DNA of 47,873 nt from Octopus sinensis (Eukaryota): contig NW_021835742.1 in the NCBI RefSeq assembly GCF_006345805.1, positions 1 through 47,873 on the forward strand, given 5' to 3'. Positions within the stretch are counted from its first letter, which is position 1. Each line of letters begins with the position of its first letter. Under the pieces are notes generated by a model. The model searched no databases and was not told where the DNA came from. It saw nothing but the letters and a program-made list of their open reading frames with translations. The translations under genes were made by a program, and so were the position numbers. Shown here piece by piece: positions 27,001 to 39,173 of the stretch.

Positions 27001-30000
27001 AAATGAGAGAAGAGAAAGAAAAGGAGAAATGAGATCAAGGAGAAAGTACTGGAGTAAGTTTATGAAAATGAGGAGAGAGAAAAAAAAAGAGAAATGTGAT
27101 CAAGGAGAAAGTACTGGAGTAAGTTTATGAAAAAATGAGGAGAAGAGAAAGAAAAAAGAGAAATGTGATCAAGGAGAAAGTACTGGAGTAAATTTATGAA
27201 AAATGAAGAGAAGAGAAAGAAAAGAGAAATATGTGATCAAGGAGAAAGTACTTGAGTAAGTTTTATGAAAAATGAGGATAAGAGATAAGAGAAAGAAAAA
27301 GAGAAATGTGATCAAGGAGAAAGTACTGGAGTAAGTTTATGAAAAATGAGGAGAAGAGAAAGAAAAAAGAGAAATGTGATCAAGGAGAAAGTACTGGAGT
27401 AAGTTTATGAAAATGAGAGAAGAGAAGGAAAAAAAGAGAAATGTGATCAAGGAGAATGTACTTGAGTAAGTTTATGAAAAATGAGGATAAGAGAAGAGAA
27501 AAGGAGAGAATGTGATCCAGGAGAAAGTACTGGAGTAAGTTTATAAAAATGAGGAGAAGAGAAAGAAAAAAGAGAAATGTGATCAAGGAGAAAGTACTGG
27601 AGTAATTTTATAGAAAATGAGGAGAGAGAAGAGAGAAAAAAAAAAGAGAAATGTGATCGAGAAGAAGAAACTACTGGAGTAAGTTTATGAAAAATGAAGA
27701 GAAGAGAAAGAAAAAAGAGAAATGTGATAAAGGAGAAAGTACTGGAGTAAGTTTATGAAACATTAGGAGAAGAGAAAAAAAAAAGAGAAATGTGATCAAG
27801 GAGAAAGTACTGGAGTAAGGTTATGAAAAATGAGGAGAAGAGAAAGAAAAAAGAGAAATTTGATCAAGGAGAAAGTACTGGAGTAAGTTTATGAAAAATG
27901 AAGAGAAGAGAAAGAAAAAAGAGAAATATGATCAAGGAGAATGTACTGGAGTAAGTTTATGAAAAATGAGGAGAAGAGAAAGAAAAAAGAGAAATGTGAT
28001 CAAGGAGAAAGTACTGGAGTAAGTTTATAAAAAATGAGGAGAAGAGAAACAAAAAAGAGAAATGTGATCAAGGAGAAAGTACTGGAGTAAGTTCATGAAA
28101 AATGAAGAGAAGAGAAAGAAAAAAGAGAAATATGATCAAGGAGAAATTACTTGAGTAAGTTTATGAAAAATGAGGAGAAGAGAAAGAAAAAACAAAAATG
28201 TGATCAAGGAGAAAGTACTGGAGTAAGTTTATGAAAAATGAGGAGATGAGAAAGAAATAAGAGAAATGTGATCAAGGAGAACGTACTGGAGTAAGTTTAT
28301 GAAAAATGAAGAGAAGAGAAAGAAAAAAGAGAATTGTGATCAAGGAGAAAGTACTGGAGTAAGTTTATGAAAAATGAGGAGAAGAGAAAGAAAAAGAGAA
28401 ATGTGATCAAGGAGAAAGTACTAGAGTAGTTATGAAAAATGAGGAAAAAAGAGAAAGAAAAAAAAAAAGAGAAATGTGATCAAGGAGAAAGTACTGGAGT
28501 AAGTTTATGAAAAAAGAAGAGAAAGAGAAGAAAGAGAAAAGAAATATGATCAAGGAGAATGTACTGGAGTAAGTTTATGAAAAATGAGGAGAAGGAAAGA
28601 AAAAGGAGAAATGTGATCAAGGAGAAAGTACTGGAGTAAGTTATGAAAATGAGGAGAGAGAGAAAGAAAAAAAAGAAATGTGATCAAGGAGAAAGTACTG
28701 GAGTAAGTTTATGAAAAATGAAGAGAAGAGAAGGAAAAAAGAGAAATATGATCAAGGAGAATGTACTTGAGTAAGTTTATGAAAAATGAGGATAAGAGAA
28801 AGAAAAAGGAGAAATGTGATCCAGGAGAAAGTACTGGAGTAAGTTTATATAAAATGAGGAGAAGAGAAAGAAAAAAGAGAAATGTGATCAAGGAGAATCT
28901 ACTGGAGTAATTTTATAGAAAATGAGGAGAAGAGAAAGAAAAAAGAGAAATGTGATCAAGGAGAAACTACTGGAGTAAGTTTATGAAAAATGAAGAGAAG
29001 AGAAAGAAAAAAGAGAAATGTGATAAAGGAGAAAGTACTGGAGTAAGTTTATGAAACATTAGGAGAAGAGAAAAAAAAAAGAGAAATGTGATCAAGGAGA
29101 AAGTACTGGAGTAAGGTTATGAAAAATGAGGAGAAGAGAAAGAAAAAAGAGAAATTTGATCAAGGAGAAAGTACTGGAGTAAGTTTATGAGAAATGAAGA
29201 GAAGAGAAAGAAAAAAGAGAAATATGATCAAGGAGAAAGTACTGGAGTAAGGTTATGAAAAATGAGGAGAAGAGAAAGAAAAAAGAGAAATGTGATCAAG
29301 GAGAAAGTACTGGAGTAAGTTATAAAAAATGAAGAAGAAGAGAAAGAAAAAGAAAAAAAAGAAATGTGATCAAGGAGAAAGTACTGGAGTAAGTTCATGA
29401 AAAATGAAGAGAAGAGAAAGAAAAAAGAGAAATATGATCAAGGAGAAAGTACTTGAGTAAGTTTATGAAAAAAATGAGAAGAGAAAGAAAAAACAAAAAT
29501 GTGATCAAGGAGAAAGTACTGGAGTAAGTTTATGAAAAATGAGGAGATGAGAAAGAAATAAGAGAAATGTGATCAAGGAGAACGTACTGGAGTAAGTTTA
29601 TGAAAAATGAAGAGAAGAGAAAGAAAAAAGAGAATTGTGATCAAGGAGAAAGTACTGGAGTAAGTTTATGAAAAATGAGGAGAAGAGAAAGAAAAAAGAG
29701 AAATGTGATCAAGGAGAAAGTACTAGAGTAAGTTTATGAAAAATGAGGACAAGAGAAAGAAAAAAGAGAAATGTGACCAAGGAGAAAGCACTGGAGTAAG
29801 TTTATGAAAAATGAAGAAGAGAAAGAAAAAAGAGAAAATGATCAAGGAGAAAGTACTGAGTAAGTTTATATAAATGGGAGAAGAGAAAAAAAAAGAGAAA
29901 TGTGATCAAGGAGAAAGTACTAGAGTATTTATGGAAAATGAGAGAAGAGAAAAGAAAAAGAGAAATGTGATCAAGGAGAAAGTACTTGGAGTAAGTTTCT

Positions 30001-33000
30001 GAAAATGAAGAGAAGAGAAAGAAAAAGTGAAATGTGATCAAGGGAAGTACTGGAGTAAGTTTATAAAAATGAGGAGAAGAAGAAAGAAAAAGAAAATGTG
30101 ATAAAGGAGAAAGTACTGGAGTAAGTTTATGAAAAATGAGGAGAAGAAAGAAAAAGAGAAATGTGATCAAGGAGAAAGTATTGGAGTAAGTTTATGAAAA
30201 ATGAAGAGAGAAAAAAAAAGAGAAATATGATCAAGGAGAAAGTACTTGAGTAAGTTTATAAAAAATGAGAGAAGAGAAAGAAAAAGAGAAATGTGATCAA
30301 GGAGAAAGTACTGGAGTAAGTTGATGGAAAATAAAGAGAGAAAGAAAGAAAAAGAGAAATATGATCAAGGAGAAAGTACTGGATTAAGTTTATAAAAATG
30401 GAGAAAGAGAAAAAAAAAGAGAAATATGATCAGGAGAAAGTACTTGAGTAAGTTTATAAAAATGAGGAGAAGAGAAAGAATAAAGGGATATGTGATCAAG
30501 GAGAAAGTACTGGAGTAAGTTCATGAAAAATGAGGAGAAGAGAAAGAAAAAAGAGAAATGTGATCAAGGAGAAAGTACTGGAGTAAGTTTATGAAAAATG
30601 AAGAGAAGAGAAAGAAAACAGTGAAATGTGATAAAGGAGAAAGTACTGGAGTAAGTTTATGAAAAATGAGGAGAAGAGAAAGAATAAAGGGATATGTGAT
30701 CAACGAGAAAGTACTGGAGTAAGTTCATGAAAAATGAGGAGAAGAGAAAGAAAAAAGAGAAATGTGATCAAGGAGAAAGTACTGGAGTAAGTTTATGAAA
30801 AATGAAGAAAGAGAAAGAAAAAAGAGAAATGTGATCAAGGAGAAGTACTGGAGTATTTATGAAAATGAGGAGAAGAGAAAGAAAAAGAGAAATGGTGATC
30901 AGGAGAAAGTACTGAAGTAAGTTTATTCAAATGAAGAGAAGAGAAGAAAAAAGAGAAATATGATCAAGGAGAAAGTACTGGAGTAAGTTTATGAAAAATG
31001 AGGAGAAGAGAAAGAAAAAAGAGAAACGTGATCAAGGAGAAAGCACTGGAGTAAGTTTATGAAAAATGAAGAGAAGAGAAAGAAAAAAGAGAAATGTGTT
31101 AAAGGAGAAAGTACTGGAGTAAGTTTATGAAAAATGAGAAGAGAAGGAAAAAAGAGAAATGTGATCAAGGAGAATCTAATGGAGTAAGTTTATGAAAAAT
31201 GAGGATAAGAGAAAGAAAAAGGAGAAATCTGATCAAGGAGAAAGTACTGGAATAAGTTTATGAAAAATGAGGAGAAGAGAAAGAAAAAAGAGAAATGTGA
31301 TCAAGGAGAAACTACTGGAGTAAGTTTATGGAAAATGAGGAGAAGAGAAAGAAAGAACAGAAATGTGATCAAGGAGAAAGTACTGGAGTAAGTTTATGAA
31401 AAATGAAGAGAAGAGAAAGAAAAAAGAGAAATGTGATAAAGGAGAAAGTACTGGAGTAAGTTTATGAAAAATGAGGAGAAGAGAAGGAAAAAAGAGAAAT
31501 GTGATCAAGGAGAAAGTACTGGAGTAAGTTTATGAAAAATGAAGAGAAGAGAAAGAAAAAAGTGAAATGTGATCAAGGAGAAAGTACTGGAGTAAGTTTA
31601 TGAAAAATAAGGAGAAGAGAATGAAAAAAGATAAAAGTGATCAAGGAGAAAGTACCGGAGTAAGTTTATGGAAGATGAGGAGAAGAGAACTAAAAAGGAG
31701 AAATGTGATCAAGGAGAAAGTACTGGAGTAAGTTTATGAAAAATGAGGAGAAGAGAAAGAAAAAAGAGAAATGTGATCAAGGAGAAACTAATGGAGTAAG
31801 TTTATGAAAAACGAGAATAAGAGAAAGAAAAAGGAGAAATGTGATCAAGGAGAAAGTACTGGAGTACGTTTATGGAAAATGAGGAGAAGAGAAAGAAAAA
31901 AGGAAAATGTGATCAAGGAGAAAGTACCGGAGAAAGTTTATGAAAAATGAAGAAAAGAGAAAGAAAGAACAGAAATGTGATCAAGGAGAAAGTACTGGAG
32001 TAAGTTTATGAAAAATGAGGAGAAGAGAAAAAAAAAGAGAAATGTGATCAAGGAGAAAGTACTGGAGTAAGTTTATGAAAAATGAGGAGAAGAGAAAGAA
32101 AAAAGAGAAATGTGATCAAGGAGAAAGTATGGAGTAAGTTGATGGAAAATAAGAGAAGAGAAAGATAAAAGAGAAATATGATCAAGGAGAAAGTACTGGA
32201 TTAAGTTTATGAAAAATGAGGAGAAGAGAAAGAAAAAGAGAAATGTGATCAAGGAGAAAGTACTGGAGTAAGTTTTGAAAAATGAGGAGAAGAGAAAGAA
32301 TAAAGGGATAGTGATCAAGGAGAAAGTACTGGAGTAAGTTCATGAAAAATGAGGAGAAGAGAAGAAAAAAAGAAAGTGATCAGGAGAAAGTACTGGAGTA
32401 AGTTTATGAAAATGAAGAGAAGAAAAGAAAACAAGAGAAATGTGATCAAGGAAAAGTACTGGAGTAAGTTTATGAAAAATGAGGAGAAGAGAAAGAAAAA
32501 AGAGAATATGTGATCAGGAGAAAGTACTGGAGTAAGTTCATGAAAAATGAGGAAAGAGAAAGAAAAAGAAAATGTGATCAAGGAGAAAGTACTGGAGTAA
32601 GTTTATGAAAAATGAAGAGAAGAGAAAGAAAAAAGAGAAATGTGATCAAGGAGAAAGTACTGGAGTAAGTTTATGAAAAATGAGGAGAAGAGAAAGAAAA
32701 AGAGAAATGTGATCAAGGAGAAAGTACTGAAGTAAGTTTATGAAAAATGAAGAGAAGAGAAAGAAAAAAGAGAAATATGATCAAGGAGAAAGTACTGGAG
32801 TAAGTTTATGAAAAATGAGGAGAAGAGAAGGAAAAAAGAGAAATGTGATCAAGGAGAAAGTACTGGAGTAAGTTTATGAAAAATGAAGAGAAGAGAAAGA
32901 AAAAAGAGAAATGTGATCAAGGAGAAAGTACTGGAGTAAGTTTATGAAAAATGAAGAGAAGAGAAAGAAAAAAGAGAAATGTGATCAAGGAGAAAGTACT

Positions 33001-36000
33001 GGAGTAAGTTTATGGAAAATGAGGAGAAGAGAAAGAAAAAGGAGAAATGTGATCAAGGAGAAAGTACTGGAGTAAGTTTATGAAAAATGAGAATAAGAGA
33101 AAGATAAAGGAGAAATGTGATCAAGGAGAAAGAACTGGAGTAAGTTTATGAAAAATGAGAATAAGAGAAAGATAAAGGAGAAATGTGATCAAGGAGAAAG
33201 AACTGGAGTAAGTTTATGGAAAATGAGAAGAAGAGAAAGATAAAGGAGAAATGTGATCAAGGAGAAAGTACTGGAGTAAGTTTATGAAAAATGAAGAAAA
33301 GAGAAAGAAAGAACAGAAATGTGATCAAGGAGAAAGTACTGGAGTAAGTTTATGAAAAATGAGGAGAAGAGAAAAAAAAGAGAAATGTGATCAAGGAGAA
33401 AGTACTGGAGTAAGTTTATGAAAAATGAGGAGAAGAGAAAGAAAAAAGAGAAATGTGATCAAGGAGAAAGTACTGGAGTAAGTTGATGGAAAATAAAGAG
33501 AAGAGAAAGAAAAAAGAGAAATATGATCAAGGAGAAAGTACTGGAGTAAGTTTATGAAAAATGAAGAGAAGAGAAAGAAAAAAGAGAAATGTGATAAAGG
33601 AGAAAGTACTGGAGTAAGTTTATGAAAAATGAGGAGAAGAGAAAGAATAAAGGGATATGTGATCAAGGAGAAAGTACTGGAGTAAGTTCATGAAAAATGA
33701 GGAGAAGAGAAAGAAAAAAGAGAAATGTGATCAGGAGAAAGTACTGGAGTAAGTTTATGAAAAATGAGAGAAAGAAAGAAAAAGAAGAAATGTGATAAAG
33801 GAGAAAGTACTGGAGTAAGTTTATGAAAAATGAGGAGAAGAGAAAGAATAAAGGGATATGTGATCAAGGAGAAAGTACTGGAGTAAGTTCATGAAAAATG
33901 AGGAGAAGAGAAAGAAAAAAGAGAAATGTGATCAAGGAGAAAGTACTGGAGTAAGTTTATGAAAAATGAAGAGAAGAGAAAGAAAAAAGAGAAATGTGAT
34001 CAAGGAGAAAGTACTGGAGTAAGTTTATGAAAAATGAGGAGAAGAGAAAGAAAAAGAGAAATGTGATCAAGGAGAAAGTACTGAAGTAAGTTTATGAAAA
34101 ATGAAGAGAAGAGAAAGAAAAAAGAGAAATATGATCAAGGAGAAAGTACTGGAGTAAGTTTATGAAAAATGAGGAGAAGAGAAAGAAAAAAGAGAAACGT
34201 GATCAAGGAGAAAGCACTGGAGTAAGTTTATGAAAAATGAGAAGAGAAGAGAAAGATAAAGGAGAAATGTGATCAAGGAGAAAGTACTGGAGTAAGTTTA
34301 TGAAAAATGAGAATAAGAGAAAGATAAAGGAGAAATGTGATCAAGGAGAAAGAACTGGAGTAAGTTTATGAAAAATGAGAATAAGAGAAAGATAAAGGAG
34401 AAATGTGATCAAGGAGAAAGAACTGGAGTAAGTTTATGAAAAATGAGAATAAGAGAAAGATAAAGGAGAAATGTGATCAAGGAGAAAGAACTGGAGTAAG
34501 TTTATGGAAAATGAGGAGAAGAGAAAGAAGAACATAAATGTGATCAAGAGAAAGTACTGGAGTAAGTTTATGAAAAATGAAGAAAGAGAAAAAAAAGAGA
34601 AATGTGATAAGGAAAAAGTACTGGAGTAATTTATGAAAAATGAGGAAAGAGAAGAAAAAAGTGAAATGTGATCAAGGAGAAAGTACTGGAAGTAAGTTAT
34701 GAAAAATAAGAAGAAGAGAAAGAAAAAAGTGAAATGTGATCAAGGAGAAAGTACTGGAGTAAGTTTATGAAAAATAAGGAGAAGAATGAAAAGATAAAAG
34801 TGATCAGGAGAAAGTAACCCTGGAGTAAGTTTATGGAAGATGAGGAGACGAGAACGAAAAAGATCAATGTGATAAAGGATAAAGTACTGGAGTAAGTTTA
34901 TGAAAAATGAGAGAAGAGAAAGAATAAAGAGAAATGTGATCAAGGAGAAGTACTGGAGTAGTTTATGAAAAATGGAGAGAAGAGAAAACAAAAAGAGAAA
35001 TGTGATGAAGGAGAAAAGTACTTGGAGTAAGTTTATGAAAATGAGGAGAAGAGAAACAAAAAGAAATGTGATCAAGGAGAAAGTACTGGAGTAAGTTTAT
35101 GAAAAATGAAGAGAAGAGAAAGAAAACAGGGAATGTTATCAAGGAGAATCTATGGAGTAATTTCTGAAAAATGGATAAGAGACAAAAAAGAGAAATGTGA
35201 TCACGAAAAGTACTGGATAAGTTTATGAAAAGTGAGGAGAAGAAGAAAAAAAAGAAATGTGATTAGGAGAATCTACTGGAGTAAGTTTATGGAAAATGAG
35301 GAGAAGAAAAGAAAAAAGAGAAATTGATCAGGATAAAGTACTGGAGTAAGTTTATGAAAAAGAAGAGAAGAGAAAGAACAAAGAGAAATTTGATAAAGAA
35401 AGTACTGGATATGTTTATGAAAAATGAGGAGAAGAGAAAAAAAAGAGAATTGATCAGGAGAAAGTACTGGATTAATTTATGAAAAATGAGGAGAAGAAAA
35501 GAAAAAAAGGAGAATGTGATCAGGAGAAAGTACTGGAGTAATTGATGGAAATGAAGAGAAAGAAGAAAAAAGAGAATATGATCAAGGAGATTACTGGAGT
35601 TTTTATGAAAAATGAAGAGAAGAGAAAGAAAAAGAGAAATGTGATAAAGGAGAAAGTACTGGAGTAAGTTTATGAAAAAATGATGAGAAGAGAAGAAAAA
35701 AGAGAAATATGATCAAGGAGAATGTACTGGAGTAAGTTTATTAAAAATAGGAGACGAGAAAGAAAAGAGAAATTGATCAAGGAGAAATACTGGAGTAAGT
35801 TTATGAAAAATGAAGAGAAGAGAAAGAAAAAAGAGAAATGTGATCAAGGAGAAAGTACTGGAGTAAGTATATGAAACATGAGGAGATGAGAAAGAAAAAA
35901 GAGAAATGTGATCAAGGAGAAAGTACTGGAGTAAGTTTCTGAAAAATGAAGAGAAGAGAATGAAAAAAGAGAAAAGTGATCAGGGAGAAAGTACCGGAGT

Positions 36001-39000
36001 ATGTTTATGGAAGATGAGAAGAGAACGAAAAATGAGAAATGTGATAAAGGATAAAGTACTGGAGTAAGTTTATGAAAAATGAGAAGAAGAGAAAGAATAG
36101 AGAGAAATGTGATTAAGGAGAAAGTACTGGAGTAAGTTTATGAAAAATGAGGAGAAGAGAAAGAAAAATGAAATGTGATCAAGACAAGTACTGGAGTAAG
36201 TTTATGACAATGAAGAGAAAAAAGAAAAAAGAGAATGTGATCAAGGAGAAAGTACTGGAGTTTAAGATTTTATAAATGAGGAGAAGCGAAAGAAAAAGAG
36301 GAATGTGATCAAGGAAATGTACTGGAGTAATTTATGAAAAGGAAGAGAAGAGAAAGAAAAAAGAGAATATGATCAAGGAGAAAGTACTGAGTAAGTTTAT
36401 GAAAAATGAGAGAGAGAAATAAAAAGAGAATGTATCAAGGGAGAAAGTACTGATACGTTATGAAAAATGAGGAAAGAAAAGAAAAAAGAGAAGTGATCAA
36501 GAGAAGTACTGGAGTAAGTTTATGAAAAATGAAGAGAAGAAGAAAAAAGAGAAATGTGATAAGGAGAAAGTACGGAGTAGGATTATGAACAAATGAGGAG
36601 ATGAGAAAGAAAAAGAGAAATGTGTTCAAGAGAAAAATACTGGAGTAAGTTTATGAAAAATGAAGAGAAGAGAAGAAAAAAAAGAAATGTGATCAAGGAG
36701 AAGTACTGGAGTATTTTATGGAAGATGAGAGAAGAGAACGAAAAGGAGAAATGTGATAAGGGATAAGTACTGTAAGTAAGTTTATGAAAAATGAGGAGAA
36801 TAAAGAATAAAGAGAAATGTGATCAAGGAGAATGTACTGGAGTAAGTTTATGAAAAATGAGAGACGAGAAAGAAAAAGTAAATGTGATCAAGGAGAAAGT
36901 ACTGGAGTAAGTTTATGAAAAATGAGGAGAAGAAAAGAAAAGAGAAATTGATCGAGGAGAAAGTACTGGAGTAAGTTTATGAAAAATGAAGAGAAGAGAA
37001 AGAAAAGAGAAATATAATCTAGGAAAGTACTGGAGTAAGTTTATTAAAAGAGAGAAGAGAAAGAAAAAAGAGAATGTGATAAAGGATAAAGTACTGAGTA
37101 AGTTTATGAAAAATTGAGGAGACGAGAAAAAAAAGAGATGTGATCAAGGAGAAACTACTGGAGTAAGTTTATGGAAAATGAGGAGAAGAGAAAGAAAGAA
37201 CAGAAATTTGATCAAGGAGAAGTACTGGAATAATTTTTATGAAAAATGGAGAAGAGAAAGAAAAAAGAGAAATGTTATCAAGGAGAAACTAATGGAGTAA
37301 GTTTGAAAAAAATGAGAGATAAGAGAAAAAAAGGAGAAATGTGATCAAGGAGAAAGTACTGGAGTAAGTTTATGAAAAATGAGGAGAAGAGAAAGAAAAA
37401 GAGAAATGTGATCAAGAGAAAGTACTGGAGTAAGTTTATGAAAAATGAGGAGAAGGAAAGAAAAAGAGAAATGTGATCAAGGGGAAAGTACTGGAGTAAG
37501 TTTATGAAAAATGAAGAGAAGAGAAAGAAAATGAGAAATATGATCAGAGAGAAAGTACTGGAGTAAGTTTATGAAAAATGAGGAGAAGAGAAAGAAAAAA
37601 GAGAAATGTGATCAAGGAGAAACTAATGGAGTAAGTTTATGAAAAATGAGGATAAGAGAAAGAAAAAGGAGAAATGTGATCAAGGAGAAAGTACTGGAGT
37701 AAGTTTATGAAAAATGAGGAGAAGAGAAAGAAAAAAGAGAAATGTGATCAAGGAGAAACTAATGGAGTAAGTTTATGAAAAATGAGGATAAGAGAAAGGA
37801 AAAGGAGAAATGTGATCAAGGAGAAAGTACTGGAGTACGTTTATGGAAAATGAGGAGAAGAGAAAGAAAAAAGAAAAATGTGATCAAGGAGAAAGTACCG
37901 GAGTAAGTTTATGAATAATGAAGAGAAGAGAAAGAAAAAAGAGAAATGTGATAAAGGAGAAAGTACTGAGTAAGTTTATGAAAAATGAGGAGAAGAGAAA
38001 AAAAAGAGAACGTGATCAAGAAAGTACTGGAGTAAGTTTATGAAAATGAGGAGAAGAGAAGAAAAAAGAGAAATTTGATCAATGAGAAAGTAACTGGAGT
38101 AAGTTGATGGAAAATAAGAAGAGAAGAGAAAGAAAAAGAGAAATGTGATAAAGGAGAAAGTACTGGAGTAGTTTATGGAAAATGAGGAGAAGAAAAGAAT
38201 AAAGGGATATGTGATCAAGGAGAAAGTACTGGAGTAAGTTCATGAAAAATGAGGAGAAATAAAGAAAAGAGAAATGTGATCAGGAGAAAGTACTGGAGTA
38301 AGTTTATGAAAAATGAGAGAAAGAAAGAAAAAAGAGAATGTGATCAAGGAGAAAGTACTGGAGTAAGTTTATGAAAAATGAGGAGAAGAGAAAGAAAAAG
38401 AGAAATTTGATCAAGGAGAAAGTACTGGTAAGTTTATGAAAAATGAGGAGAAGAGAAAGAAAAAAGAGAAATGTGATCAAGGAGAAAGTACTGGAGTAAG
38501 TTTATGAAAAATGAAGAGAATAGAAAGAAAAAAGAGAGATGTGATCAAGGAGAAAGTACTGGAGTAAGTTGATGGAAAATGAAGAGAAGAGAAAGAAAAA
38601 AGTGAAATATGATCAAGGAGAAAGTACTGGAGTAAGTTTATGAAAAATGAGGAGAAGAGAAAGAAAAAAGAGAAATATGATCAAGGAGAAAGTACTCGAG
38701 TAAGTTTATGAAAAATGAAGAGAAGAAGAAAAAAGTGAAATATGATCAAGGAGAAAGTACTGGAGTAAGTTTATGAAAATTAGGAGAAGAGAAAGAAAAA
38801 GAGAAATATGATCAAGGAAAAGTACTCGAGTAAGTTTATGAAAAATGAAGAGAAGAGAAAACGAAAAAGTGAAATGTGATAAGGAGAAAGTACTGGATTA
38901 AGTTTATGAAAATGAGGAGAAGAGAAAGAAAAAGAGAAATGTGATCAAGGAGAATGTACTGGAGCAATTTTATGAAAAATGAGAAGAGAAAGAAAAAAGA

Positions 39001-39173
39001 GAAATGTGATCAAGGAGAAAGTAATGGAGTAAGTTTATGAAAAATGAAGAGAAGAGAAAGAAACAAGGGAAACGTGATCAAGGAGAAAGTACTGGAGTAA
39101 GTTTATGAAACATGAGGAGAAGAGAAAGAAAAAAAGAGAAATGTGATCAAGGAGAAAGTACTGGAGTAAGTTT
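1..39173 (+). repeat. 68-bp tandem satellite array, purine-rich strand on + (about 575-585 monomers, estimated)
   Basis: TGATCA recurs at 194 and 262 and GTACTGG at 10264 and 10332, i.e. a 68-bp period. The same monomer continues uninterrupted to 39173. Copy number is estimated from length/68, not counted. Confidence 0.99.
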
